DNA of 64,000 bases from Vicinamibacterales bacterium. Its GTDB lineage: Bacteria > Acidobacteriota > Vicinamibacteria > Vicinamibacterales > UBA2999. The first letter of the stretch is position 1. Each line of letters begins with the position of its first letter. Where the stretch lies: positions 48,699-112,698 of the forward strand of contig JBEBFY010000005.1 of the NCBI GenBank assembly GCA_040081715.1. The letters run 5' to 3'. Of this stretch, positions 19,745-28,415 are shown one piece after another. A program made the position numbers and the translations under genes. A model generated the notes under the pieces. It worked only from the letters and a program-made list of their open reading frames with translations, did not search any database and was not told the DNA's origin.

Positions 19745-21198
19745 CCCTCTCCTTCCGTGCGCGGCTCACGCTCCGGTGGCTGTCGGCCTTCGGCGTCGTG
19801 CTGACGCTGGCACTTGCGGCCGTCTCTGTGGGCGTCCGTGCGTTCCTCGAGCGGGACCTTGACGCGCAGCTCCGCACGCTGGCCGCCACCGAACTGGCGT
19901 CCGCCGTTGACGAGCCGGGCCACGGGCTCCACCTGCACGAGTTCACGGTGCGCGGCGGCCAGGACTACGCGGACAAGTTCGTCCAGCTCATCACGGCGCG
20001 CGGGGTCGTGCTTATGCAGTCGCCGCGGCTGCAGTCGTCGCCGTCCCTCCTGACCCCGGAGACGCTGGCGCAGACGCTCGGCGGCGCCTCGCCGCTCGTC
20101 GAGGTGGCCGTGGGCGGCCGGCCGGGCCGGATGGTCGGCCTGGCGACGGCCGGACCAGAGCGCTACGTGGTGGCCGTGGGCCTGTTCACCGACACACTGG
20201 AGGCCACGCTGGGCGACCTGCGATGGCTGCTGGGTGGCGTGTGGATCGGCAGCATGGTGGTCACCGCGCTGGTGGGCTTGTCCCTCGCGTCACGTGCGCT
20301 GCGGCCAGTGCGGATGATCACCGAACGCGCGGCGGCCATTGCCGAGGGGCAGTTCGAGACCCGGTTGGCCCCACTGGGCGCTGACGACGAGATCGGCCGG
20401 ATGACCGGCCTGCTCAACCGGATGCTGGAGCGGCTCCACGGTGCGCTCGACGCAAATCGCCGGTTTGCCGCTGACGCGTCCCACGAACTGCGCAGCCCGC
20501 TGACGGTGATGCTGGGCGAAGTGGACGTGGCGCTGAAGCGCGAGCGCGACGGCGACGAGTATCGCCGCGTGCTGGGGGAGGTGCAGAGCCGGCTGCGCGG
20601 GATGGGACGGCTCACCGAGGACCTCATGCTCCTGGTGCGGGCGCAGGAGAACGTGGCGCCGCCGATTACGGACCTTCCGCTGCTGGCGGTGTGGCGTGAG
20701 GTGATGGCGCGGGCGGCAGACGCGGCCGCCTCCGCCGGCGTCGTGCTGTCGGTGGATGTGCCCGCGGCGATGGTCGTGTATGCGGAGGCGGGACTGCTCG
20801 GCCGTGTATTCGACAACCTCGTGCAGAACGCGGTGCAGTACAACCGGGACGGTGGCGCCGTCTCGGTAACGGCGCGGGTCGAACCCGGCGACGGGACCTG
20901 GGCCGCCGACACCGTCGTGATCCAGGTGCGCGACACCGGGCCGGGTATTCCCGCTGCGGAGCGGGAGCGGGTATTCGAGCGGTTCTACCGCCTGGACGCA
21001 TCACGGTCGCGCCGGACCGGTGGCGCCGGGCTGGGGCTCGCGATTTCTCGCGAGATTGTCCGGCTGTTCAAGGGAAGCATCAGGATTGTCGCCACGGACC
21101 TGCCGGGTACCACCGTGGAAGTGCGGCTGCCTGGCAGCGGCACGCGCGTGGAGGCGGTCAGCGCAACTGACGGAGCAGCCGCTCGATCTCCTGCCTGA
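19741..21198 (+). CDS. Sensor histidine kinase (CusS/CzcS-like)
   Basis: 485 aa. Two TM segments, a HAMP region, the H-box SHELRSPLT, the N-box (NLVQNAVQYN), and G-boxes DTGPGI and GGAGLGLAI. ATGA overlap with the response-regulator gene. Confidence 0.9.
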   Translation: MTLSFRARLTLRWLSAFGVVLTLALAAVSVGVRAFLERDLDAQLRTLAATELASAVDEPGHGLHLHEFTVRGGQDYADKFVQLITARGVVLMQSPRLQSSPSLLTPETLAQTLGGASPLVEVAVGGRPGRMVGLATAGPERYVVAVGLFTDTLEATLGDLRWLLGGVWIGSMVVTALVGLSLASRALRPVRMITERAAAIAEGQFETRLAPLGADDEIGRMTGLLNRMLERLHGALDANRRFAADASHELRSPLTVMLGEVDVALKRERDGDEYRRVLGEVQSRLRGMGRLTEDLMLLVRAQENVAPPITDLPLLAVWREVMARAADAAASAGVVLSVDVPAAMVVYAEAGLLGRVFDNLVQNAVQYNRDGGAVSVTARVEPGDGTWAADTVVIQVRDTGPGIPAAERERVFERFYRLDASRSRRTGGAGLGLAISREIVRLFKGSIRIVATDLPGTTVEVRLPGSGTRVEAVSATDGAAARSPA

Positions 21199-21391
21199 CG
21201 CCGGCACACTCAGTGAGCACGCGTTCCGCTTCCTGCACCGTCTGCAGGAGGTCCTCTTTGGCTGGCACGCTCCCGCGTCCCACCTCGGCGGCCAGGTCGC
21301 GCGTGGTGCGGGCACAGGCCTCGGCGACGCCGAGCGTCCGCTCGTGCGCCTCCACGATCTTGAGCATTTCCTGTCGTTCGTCCAGAGTCAT
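21158..21391 (-). CDS. Small hypothetical helical protein (77 aa)
   Basis: MTLDERQEMLKIVEAHERTLGVAEACARTTRDLAAEVGRGSVPAKEDLLQTVQEAERVLTECAGVRQEIERLLRQLR looks protein-like. The overlapping plus-frame translation over the same bases is Arg/Ser-rich junk. There is no recognisable family. Confidence 0.35.
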   Translation of the reverse strand: MTLDERQEMLKIVEAHERTLGVAEACARTTRDLAAEVGRGSVPAKEDLLQTVQEAERVLTECAGVRQEIERLLRQLR

Positions 21392-22664
21392 GTCGATAGT
21401 GTGTGTGAATGCGGAGGGTACGGTCGTGGCGTCTCTTCAGGATATCGCGCAGCAGTATGTGGCCCTCGTGCTCGCCGTCGGTCCGCACGACCCGGACTAC
21501 GTGGACGCCTACTACGGTCCACCTGCATGGAAGGCCGCGTTCGAGGCGCAACCCCGGACGCTGACGGAGCTTGGCCTGGAGGTGGACCAGATCCTGCGGA
21601 GACTCGGGTCGCTCGACCACTCCCTGCCCGCCGGCGCGGAGCGGGAGGCGCTGATGTCCGGCTGGCGGAAGACGTTTCTCATCAAGCAGCTCGGGGCGCT
21701 CCGGACGCACCTCGCCGGACTCCAGGGCCTCCGTCTGCCGTTTGACGAGGAGTCGGTGGCGCTCTACGACGCGGCGGCGCCTGCACGCGCGGAGGGCGAG
21801 TTCCAGGTGGTGGTCGATGTGCTGGATCGGGCACTCCCTGGGGCAGGTACGGTGCTGGATCGCTACGTGGCGTTCCGGAGTCAGTTCATCGTGCCGCCGG
21901 AACGTCTGTCCCGCACGTTCGAGGCAGCCATCGGTGCGTGCCGCGAACGGACGGTGAGGGCGCTGCCGTTGCCCGCCTCCGAGGCGTTCACCCTCGAGTT
22001 CGTGACGGGGAAGAGTTGGAGTGGCTACAACTGGTATCAGGGGCAGTTCCGCTCGCTGATTCAGGTGAATACCGACCTGCCCGTGCACATCGACCGGGCG
22101 CTCGACCTCGCCGCGCACGAAGGGTATCCCGGTCACCACGTGCACAACGTGCTGCTGGAGCAGCACCTGGTGGGGGAGCGGGGCTGGATGGAGTTCACGG
22201 TCTATCCGCTGTTCTCACCGCAGTCGCTGGTGGCGGAGGGCATTGCGAACTGCGCGGCGGACATGGCCTTTCCGGCGCCGGAACGGCTCGCCTTCGAGCG
22301 CGACGTGCTCTTCCCGCTGGCCGGACTCGACCCATCGACGGCCACGCGGTATGCGACGGTGAGTGCGTTGGTCGAGAAGCTCTCGCACGCCGGCACGGAG
22401 GCCGCCCGGCGCTTGCTCGACGGCCGGCTCGATGACGAGGGTGCGGTCCAGTGGCTCGAGGAGTACGCGCTCCATTCGCGCCCGCGCGCGGAGCAGCGGG
22501 TGCGTTTCATCAGGCAATACCGGAGCTACGTCATCAACTACACCCGGGGCCGTGAACTGGTCGAGGGCTGGCTCGCACGCACGTCCGGCGAGGACCGCGC
22601 CAGGCGCTGGGCCAACCTGGGTGACCTCATGTCATCGCCCCGGCTTGCCTCCAGCCTGCAGTAA
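21390..22664 (+). CDS. DUF885-like putative metalloprotein
   Basis: The AHEGYPGHHV motif resembles the DUF885 HE..PGHH signature. ATG 21390 is chosen because the upstream part of the track ORF (from 21213) translates to low-complexity junk opposite the small minus-strand ORF. Confidence 0.5.
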   Translation: MSIVCVNAEGTVVASLQDIAQQYVALVLAVGPHDPDYVDAYYGPPAWKAAFEAQPRTLTELGLEVDQILRRLGSLDHSLPAGAEREALMSGWRKTFLIKQLGALRTHLAGLQGLRLPFDEESVALYDAAAPARAEGEFQVVVDVLDRALPGAGTVLDRYVAFRSQFIVPPERLSRTFEAAIGACRERTVRALPLPASEAFTLEFVTGKSWSGYNWYQGQFRSLIQVNTDLPVHIDRALDLAAHEGYPGHHVHNVLLEQHLVGERGWMEFTVYPLFSPQSLVAEGIANCAADMAFPAPERLAFERDVLFPLAGLDPSTATRYATVSALVEKLSHAGTEAARRLLDGRLDDEGAVQWLEEYALHSRPRAEQRVRFIRQYRSYVINYTRGRELVEGWLARTSGEDRARRWANLGDLMSSPRLASSLQ

Positions 22665-22687
22665 GGCGTCGCTCGCTGTCGTTGTCG

Positions 22688-22743
22688 CGGCCTGTCCCGG
22701 CCTGTCCCGGCCTGTTCCGGCCTGTTCCGGCCTGTTCCGGCCC
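22688..22743. repeat. Tandem 10-bp direct repeat, five full copies plus a partial one (CGGCCTGTCC x2, CGGCCTGTTC x3, CGGCCC)
   Basis: Read directly from the intergenic sequence between the DUF885-like gene and the first DUF1552 gene. Confidence 0.9.
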
Positions 22744-22765
22744 GACGTGGAGCCGCGGCCGCTCC

Positions 22766-22771
22766 TATAAT
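22766..22771 (+). promoter_or_regulatory. Perfect TATAAT hexamer 13 nt upstream of the DUF1552 start codon (candidate -10 box)
   Basis: TATAAT lies at 22766-22771 and the ATG at 22785. It is a rare AT-only hexamer in GC-rich context, immediately downstream of the phased repeat array. No good -35 element is seen. Confidence 0.25.
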
Positions 22772-22784
22772 TCGTTCGTCCCGG

Positions 22785-24119
22785 ATGAAGACTCACCCAC
22801 TGGATCGGCGCACGCTGTTGCGGGGAGCCGGGATCTCCCTCGCCCTGCCGTGGCTGGATGCGATGGCGTCCTCCGGTGCGCAGACCGGACCGGCCTCGGC
22901 GCCCGCACGCCTTGTGGCGATCTACCTGGGCAACGGCATGAACATGGCCGAGTGGACGCCGGGGGCCGACGGTGCCCTCGTGCTGCCCGCCACGCTCAGC
23001 GCACTGGCGCCTGTGCGCAATCAACTGCTCGTGGTGAGCGGACTCGATAACCGGCTGGGCGGGTCGAGCGAGATGGGCGGGCTGCACTCCCGCATCCAGC
23101 CTGCCTGGCTGACCGGGACCCACGCCCGGCGCACCGAGGGCTCCGACGTGGAAGCCGGTGTGTCGATGGACCAGGTGGCCGCGGGCGCCATCGGGGATGG
23201 CACGCCGCTCCGGTCCCTGGAGCTGGCGCTGGAATCCGTGGAGATCTCGCGCGCCTGCGAGCCGGCATTTGCCTGCACGTATGTGTCGACGATCGCGTGG
23301 CGGGACCGCACGACGCCGCTACCCATGGACGCCGATCCGCGGTCGGTCTTCGAGCGGCTCTTCGGCGACGGACGGACACCAGCCGCGCAGGCCGCGGACC
23401 GCCGGCGCGACCGCAGCATCCTCGATTCGGTCACGGCCGACCTTGCGGCGCTCAGCCGCCGTGTCGGCACGCGCGACCGCGCCACCGTGGCCGGCTATGT
23501 CGACGCCATCCGTGAGGTGGAGCGTCACATCAGCACCGCGGAGCAGCAGGCGGCACGTGAGCCCGTGGCCGCCGATGTGGCTGGCTTTACCGGCATCCCG
23601 ATCAGCTACCGGGACCACGCGCGGTTGATGTTCGAGTTGCTGGCGCTCGCGCTGCAGGCCGATACCACCCGCGTCGCCACGCTCCTGATGGTGCGGGAAC
23701 GCAGCGATCGGATGTTTCCCGAGAGCGGCGTGAGTGAGGGCAGCCACGCGGTCTCGCACCACGAGGGCGACCCGGCCCGGCTCGCGCGGCAGGCGATGGT
23801 CAACCGGTACCACGTGGGGCTCGCGGGCGAGTTCCTCGCGCGGCTGCAGTCGATGGCAGAGGGTGCGGGGTCGCTTCTCGATCGCACGGTGGTGCTGTTC
23901 GGGGCAGGGATGAGCGACTCCAACCAGCACCGTCCCGTGAACGTGCCCACGCTGGTGGCGGGGGGACGGGCGCTCGGCGTGAAGGGCGGCCGGCACCTGC
24001 GCGTGCCGGCCGGGACGCCGTTGGCCAATCTGCAGCTCACGCTGCTGGACACGGTGGGCACGCGGGTGGAGCAGCACGGCGACAGTACAGGCCACCTGGG
24101 GGGCGTGCGTGAAGCCTGA
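22785..24119 (+). CDS. DUF1552 family protein with a Tat-type signal (copy a, divergent)
   Basis: 444 aa. N-terminus MKTHPLDRRTLLRGAGISLALPWLDAM. Internal blocks are shared with the other three copies (SLELALE, PRSVFERLFGDG, RSILD, DRATV..Y.DAIREVE, HHE/HHG, LLDRTVVL.GAGM). Confidence 0.85.
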   Translation: MKTHPLDRRTLLRGAGISLALPWLDAMASSGAQTGPASAPARLVAIYLGNGMNMAEWTPGADGALVLPATLSALAPVRNQLLVVSGLDNRLGGSSEMGGLHSRIQPAWLTGTHARRTEGSDVEAGVSMDQVAAGAIGDGTPLRSLELALESVEISRACEPAFACTYVSTIAWRDRTTPLPMDADPRSVFERLFGDGRTPAAQAADRRRDRSILDSVTADLAALSRRVGTRDRATVAGYVDAIREVERHISTAEQQAAREPVAADVAGFTGIPISYRDHARLMFELLALALQADTTRVATLLMVRERSDRMFPESGVSEGSHAVSHHEGDPARLARQAMVNRYHVGLAGEFLARLQSMAEGAGSLLDRTVVLFGAGMSDSNQHRPVNVPTLVAGGRALGVKGGRHLRVPAGTPLANLQLTLLDTVGTRVEQHGDSTGHLGGVREA

Positions 24120-24555
24120 CGCAACCTGCCGATCGGTTGGCCTGGGTGTGCTGCTCCTTTCGGCTGGCGCGGTCCTGGCGCAGCCGCCGGCGCGTAGCAC
24201 ACGGGACGGAGTGTTCAGCGTGGCGCAGGCCGAGCGTGGCGAGGATGCCTTTCGCGCCTGTTCCTACTGCCACGGGCGTGACATGCGAGGTGGCGACGAC
24301 CCGCCGGGGCCTGCGCTGAAAGGCGAGATCTTCCTGGCGAAGTGGCGCGACCGCCCATTGCTGGACCTCTTCACCCGTGTGGCCGAGACGATGCCGCGGG
24401 ACCGCCCTGGCACCCTGGAACCACAGGCGTATGCCGACATCCTGGCCTACCTGCTGCTGGCCAATGGGATGCCGGCCGGAGAGCGGGATCTGGCCCCGGA
24501 GACTGTGACGCTTCGCGACATCGTCCTCACGGGGAATCCGCTAAGATTGCGCTAA
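24109..24555 (+). CDS. Small secreted mono-heme c-type cytochrome (family copy 1)
   Basis: 148 aa with a signal peptide and CSYCH. It shares the layout GVFSxAQAxRGE...CxxCH...MP...ADILAYLL.ANG.PAG with the ORFs at 36931, 37404 (N-terminal domain) and 56981. The GTG start overlaps the preceding gene by 11 nt. Confidence 0.75.
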   Translation: MKPDATCRSVGLGVLLLSAGAVLAQPPARSTRDGVFSVAQAERGEDAFRACSYCHGRDMRGGDDPPGPALKGEIFLAKWRDRPLLDLFTRVAETMPRDRPGTLEPQAYADILAYLLLANGMPAGERDLAPETVTLRDIVLTGNPLRLR

Positions 24556-24559
24556 TTTC

Positions 24560-27040
24560 ATGGGAGTACGGATGACGCTGAATCGCGGACAGATTGCGGT
24601 GGGGGTGCTGGCGGCCGGACTGCTTGGTGGCGTCCTGGCCCTCCCTGCCGACGCGGCCGAGCCGGCCCGGAAGGCGATTCCACCTCCGGCACCCACGCGT
24701 GCGCTGCTCGACCAGTACTGCGTGACCTGTCACAACACGCGCGCCAAAGTGGGTGGGCTCGTGCTGGAGGGGCTCGACCCGGCCAACGCCGGTGAGGCGT
24801 CCGAGACGTGGGAGAAGGTGGCCCGCAAGCTTCGCGCGGGCATGATGCCGCCCCCGGGCCGGCCGCGCGCGGCTGAGGCGGCCGTGGACGGATTTGTGGC
24901 TGCGCTTGAAGCCCGGCTGGACCACGCGGCAGCCGGACGGCCGAACCCCGGCCGCACCGAAACCTTTCACCGGCTGAACCGCTTCGAGTACCAGAGCGCG
25001 GTGCGCGACATCCTCCAGGTGGATGTCGACGTGGCGTCGCTCCTGCCGCCGGACGATGCCGGGTACGGCTTCGACAACATGGCCGGCGTGCTGCGCCTCT
25101 CGCAGTCCCTGATGGAGCGTTACCTCACGGCCGCCCGGCGCATCGCCCGCGTGGCGGTGGGGAGCGTGCCGCCGACACCGGTGGCCGACACGTTCCCCGT
25201 GTCGAGCGACCTGCCGCAGTACGAGCACGTGGAGGGGCTGCCCTTCGGCACCCGCGGTGGATTGCTCGTGCCCTACAACTTCCCGCGCGACGGCGAGTAT
25301 CTCGTGCGCGTCCAGTTCTCGTGCGCGCTGGTGTCGGCCGGCGGGTGCGACCCAACCGCGGGCTTTGACGACGAGCACAAGCTGGAAGTCTCCGTGGATG
25401 GCGAGCGCGTGCATGTGTTCACGATGCCGTCCTCCCCACGCGGTGGTGCCGGCGGCTTCGGCAAGGTGGCCACCGGAAAGTCGGTGGAGGACACCCGCTG
25501 GCAGGTGCGCCTGGCGGTGAAGGCGGGCCTGCACGATGTTGGCGCGGCGTTCCTGAAGCTGCCGTCCTTCGAGACCACGGACTATCCGCGCCTCCGGTTC
25601 ATCAAGCCGTCCTACGAGGGCAACATGGTGCCGGAAGGACTCGGCATCTATCAGCCGCATCTGGCCAGTGTCACGATTGCGGGGCCGTTCGGCTCGATGG
25701 GCGGCCCCGGCGACACGCCGGCCCGGCAGCGCATCTTCACGTGTCGCCCGGTGTCGAAGGCTGAGGAAACGCCCTGCGCCCGGAAGATTCTTGGCAGCCT
25801 GGCGCGCCGCGCCTACCGCCGGCCGGTGACCGCTACTGACATCGACAAGCTCCTCGCGTTCTACACCGAAGAGCGTGAGGGCGGGAATGGGTTCGAATCC
25901 GGGATCGAGATGGCGGTCCGCGCGTTGCTCGTGCAGTCGGACTTCCTGTTCCGCATCGAGCTGGATCCGGTGGCGGCCCGCACGGGCGCCTACAAGTTGA
26001 GTGACCTCGAGCTGGCCTCGCGCCTCTCGTTCTTCCTGTGGAGCAGCGTGCCCGATGAGGAACTGATCCGCATCGCTGCCGCCGGGCGCCTCTCGCAGCC
26101 GGCCGTGTTCGAGCGGGAGGTGCGGCGCATGCTGGCTGACACGCGGTCGAAGGCGCTGGCGCGGAGTTTCCTGCCGCAGTGGCTGCAGTTGCGGTCTCTC
26201 GTTGTGGCGTCACCGGATGATCCCGACTTTGACGAGGGCCTGCGTGCCGCGATGGCGACGGAGACGGAGCTGTTCTTCGACAGCATCGTCCGCGACGACC
26301 GCCCGGTGATGGACCTGCTCACGGGTGACTACACCTTCCTCAACGAGCGCCTGGCCTGGCACTACGGCATCACCAGTGTGAAGGGGGCGCACTTCCGGCG
26401 CGTCGCATTGCCGGCCGGGAGCCCGCGGCGCGGACTGCTGGGGCACGGCAGCGTGCTGACGACGACGTCGCACGCGATCCGGACCTCGCCAGTCAAGCGC
26501 GGCAAGTGGATCATGGAAAGCGTGCTTGGTGTGGCACCGCCACCGCCGCCCGCGAATGTGCCGCCGCTCGAGGAGAAGAAGGGCGGGGACGCCGCGCCCC
26601 AGTCCATGCGTGAGCGGATGGCCGCGCATCGTGCCAATCCGGTCTGCGCGGGCTGTCACGCGATGATTGATCCGCTCGGCTTTGCGCTCGAGAATTTCGA
26701 CCAGGCAGGCCGGTACCGCACCGTGGACACCTCGACGCGCGCGGTGGACGTCTCGGGCACCTTCCCGGACGGGGCGGCGTTCAAGACGCTTGACGACTTC
26801 AAGTCGCGGATCACCAGTCGCCCGGAGCGATTTGCCAGCGCACTGACCGAGCGGCTCCTGACCTATGGCCTTGGCCGGGGCGTGGACTTCTCGGACATGT
26901 CAACGGTGCGCGGCATCGTCCGGCAGGCGGCGGCGTCCAACTACCGGTTCTCGGCTCTCGTGCTCGGGATCACGACGAGCGCCCCGTTCCAGATGCGTCG
27001 TGCACTTGATGAGACCGCCACGGCCGTCGCGGCCCGCTGA
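24560..27040 (+). CDS. DUF1592-family multidomain protein (DUF1587/1592/1595/1588/1585-type) with an N-terminal CxxCH heme motif (copy a)
   Basis: 826 aa with a signal peptide. Family blocks are present: YCVTCHN, LRAGMMPP, FHRLNRFEY, GYGFDNMAG, FLWSS.PD.EL, F..QWL.LR, DYTFLNERLA.HYGI, SPV.RGKW..E..LG..PP.PP..VP.L, NP.CA.CH..IDPLGFALENFD. These are shared with the copies at 49451 and 59377. Confidence 0.85.
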   Translation: MGVRMTLNRGQIAVGVLAAGLLGGVLALPADAAEPARKAIPPPAPTRALLDQYCVTCHNTRAKVGGLVLEGLDPANAGEASETWEKVARKLRAGMMPPPGRPRAAEAAVDGFVAALEARLDHAAAGRPNPGRTETFHRLNRFEYQSAVRDILQVDVDVASLLPPDDAGYGFDNMAGVLRLSQSLMERYLTAARRIARVAVGSVPPTPVADTFPVSSDLPQYEHVEGLPFGTRGGLLVPYNFPRDGEYLVRVQFSCALVSAGGCDPTAGFDDEHKLEVSVDGERVHVFTMPSSPRGGAGGFGKVATGKSVEDTRWQVRLAVKAGLHDVGAAFLKLPSFETTDYPRLRFIKPSYEGNMVPEGLGIYQPHLASVTIAGPFGSMGGPGDTPARQRIFTCRPVSKAEETPCARKILGSLARRAYRRPVTATDIDKLLAFYTEEREGGNGFESGIEMAVRALLVQSDFLFRIELDPVAARTGAYKLSDLELASRLSFFLWSSVPDEELIRIAAAGRLSQPAVFEREVRRMLADTRSKALARSFLPQWLQLRSLVVASPDDPDFDEGLRAAMATETELFFDSIVRDDRPVMDLLTGDYTFLNERLAWHYGITSVKGAHFRRVALPAGSPRRGLLGHGSVLTTTSHAIRTSPVKRGKWIMESVLGVAPPPPPANVPPLEEKKGGDAAPQSMRERMAAHRANPVCAGCHAMIDPLGFALENFDQAGRYRTVDTSTRAVDVSGTFPDGAAFKTLDDFKSRITSRPERFASALTERLLTYGLGRGVDFSDMSTVRGIVRQAAASNYRFSALVLGITTSAPFQMRRALDETATAVAAR

Positions 27041-27069
27041 GCGTTGAGCAAGAGTCGAAGGAGACAGCG

Positions 27070-28413
27070 ATGATTGTCACAAAACAGGCGTTGCCGCGGC
27101 GGACAATTCTGCGAGGCCTGGGAGCCACCGTGGCCCTGCCCCTGCTCGACGCGATGGTGCCCGCGCTGACGGCCACCTCTCGCACGGCGGCAGCCGGGAC
27201 CACGCGCGTGGCTTTCTGGCAGACGGCTAACGGCGTCTACGGTCCCGACTTCAAGCCCAGGGGTGAGGGCACCCGCCTGAAGGATTTGACCTTCATGCCC
27301 ATCATCCTGCCGCTCACACCGCTGATGGACCAGGTCGTGATTGCCACCGGTCTCAGTAACATGGCCGCCGAGAGCAAGCAGGTGGGCAGCGGCGTGCACG
27401 CCCGCGCGGCCTCGTGCTTCCTCTCCGGTGCTGCGGCGCGGCGGACCGAGGGCGCGGACATCGAGCTGGCCAAGACGCTCGACCAGTACGCCGCGGATGT
27501 GCTGGGCCGCGAGACCCAGCTCACGTCGATGGAGCTGGCCCTTGAATCCAGCTTTGTCGGCAACTGCGACCAGGGCTACAGCTGCGCGTATGTGAATACC
27601 TTCGCGTGGCGCGCGCCGGCGATGCCGCTGCCGATGGAGAACAACCCGCGCGTGGTGTTCGAGCGGATGTTCGGCGACGGCGGAACCGTGGAAGCCCGGC
27701 TCGGCCAGATGAAGCGAGACCGCAGCATCCTGGACCGCGTGAGCGCCGACCTCTCGGGGCTGCAGAAGCGGCTCGGGCCCGGCGACCGTGCCACCATCAC
27801 CGGCTACCTCGACGCGCTGCGCGACGTGGAGCAGCGCATCCAGAAGGCCGAGAAGCACAGCGCGACGACGCCGCTCCCGGAAGGCGCGCAGCCGATGGGC
27901 ATCCCGGAGTCGTTCCCGGATCACTGCGACCTGATGGTGGACCTGATGTTCCTGGCCTATCAGGCGGATGTGACGCGCGTCATCACCTTTCAGACTTCCC
28001 GCGAACAGGGCGGTCGGCAGTTTCCGCACATCGGGGTGCCCGAGGCCCATCACGAGACGTCACATCACCAGGGTGACCCGTACAAGATCAAGCAGAACAC
28101 CAAGATCAACGCCTACTTCATGCAACTGTTCGCCAGCCTCGCCACGAAGATGCAGGCGGCGCCGGACGGCGACGGGACGCTCCTCGATCATTCGCTGCTC
28201 CTGTGGGGCGCGGGCATGGGCTCGGGCGACATCCACAGCCCGCACGACATGCCGATTGTGGTCGCCGGTGGCGGCGGCGGCGTGAAGGGCGGCCGGTTGC
28301 TGAAGTACGCGCTCGACACGCCGTTCATGAATTTCGCCTTGAGCATGCTGGACCGCGCCGGCGTGCCACTCGACCGGATCGGTGACAGCACCGGCCGCGT
28401 CACGGACCTGTAA
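27070..28413 (+). CDS. DUF1552 family protein with a Tat-type signal (copy b)
   Basis: 447 aa. The N-terminus MIVTKQALPRRTILRGLGATVALPLLDAMVPALTA is nearly the same as in copies c and d. Confidence 0.88.
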   Translation: MIVTKQALPRRTILRGLGATVALPLLDAMVPALTATSRTAAAGTTRVAFWQTANGVYGPDFKPRGEGTRLKDLTFMPIILPLTPLMDQVVIATGLSNMAAESKQVGSGVHARAASCFLSGAAARRTEGADIELAKTLDQYAADVLGRETQLTSMELALESSFVGNCDQGYSCAYVNTFAWRAPAMPLPMENNPRVVFERMFGDGGTVEARLGQMKRDRSILDRVSADLSGLQKRLGPGDRATITGYLDALRDVEQRIQKAEKHSATTPLPEGAQPMGIPESFPDHCDLMVDLMFLAYQADVTRVITFQTSREQGGRQFPHIGVPEAHHETSHHQGDPYKIKQNTKINAYFMQLFASLATKMQAAPDGDGTLLDHSLLLWGAGMGSGDIHSPHDMPIVVAGGGGGVKGGRLLKYALDTPFMNFALSMLDRAGVPLDRIGDSTGRVTDL

Positions 28414-28415
28414 CC

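Noticed and set aside
13472-21198. The CzcCBA-type efflux operon plus two-component system as a candidate novelty.
   Set aside because: The architecture and motifs are entirely canonical for heavy-metal RND efflux loci, so it is annotated as features only.
22688-22743. The possibility that the short tandem repeats are a CRISPR array.
   Set aside because: The unit is only 10 bp with no spacers, no cas genes are nearby, and there are only five and a half contiguous copies. It is a microsatellite-like or binding-site array, not a CRISPR.
25889-25900. GGGTTCGAATCC, a tRNA T-loop-like motif.
   Set aside because: It lies inside the DUF1592(a) coding sequence, where it encodes GNGFESGIEMA. That peptide is conserved in the paralogues (KGFEAGIDLA). 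No acceptor or anticodon arms surround it.
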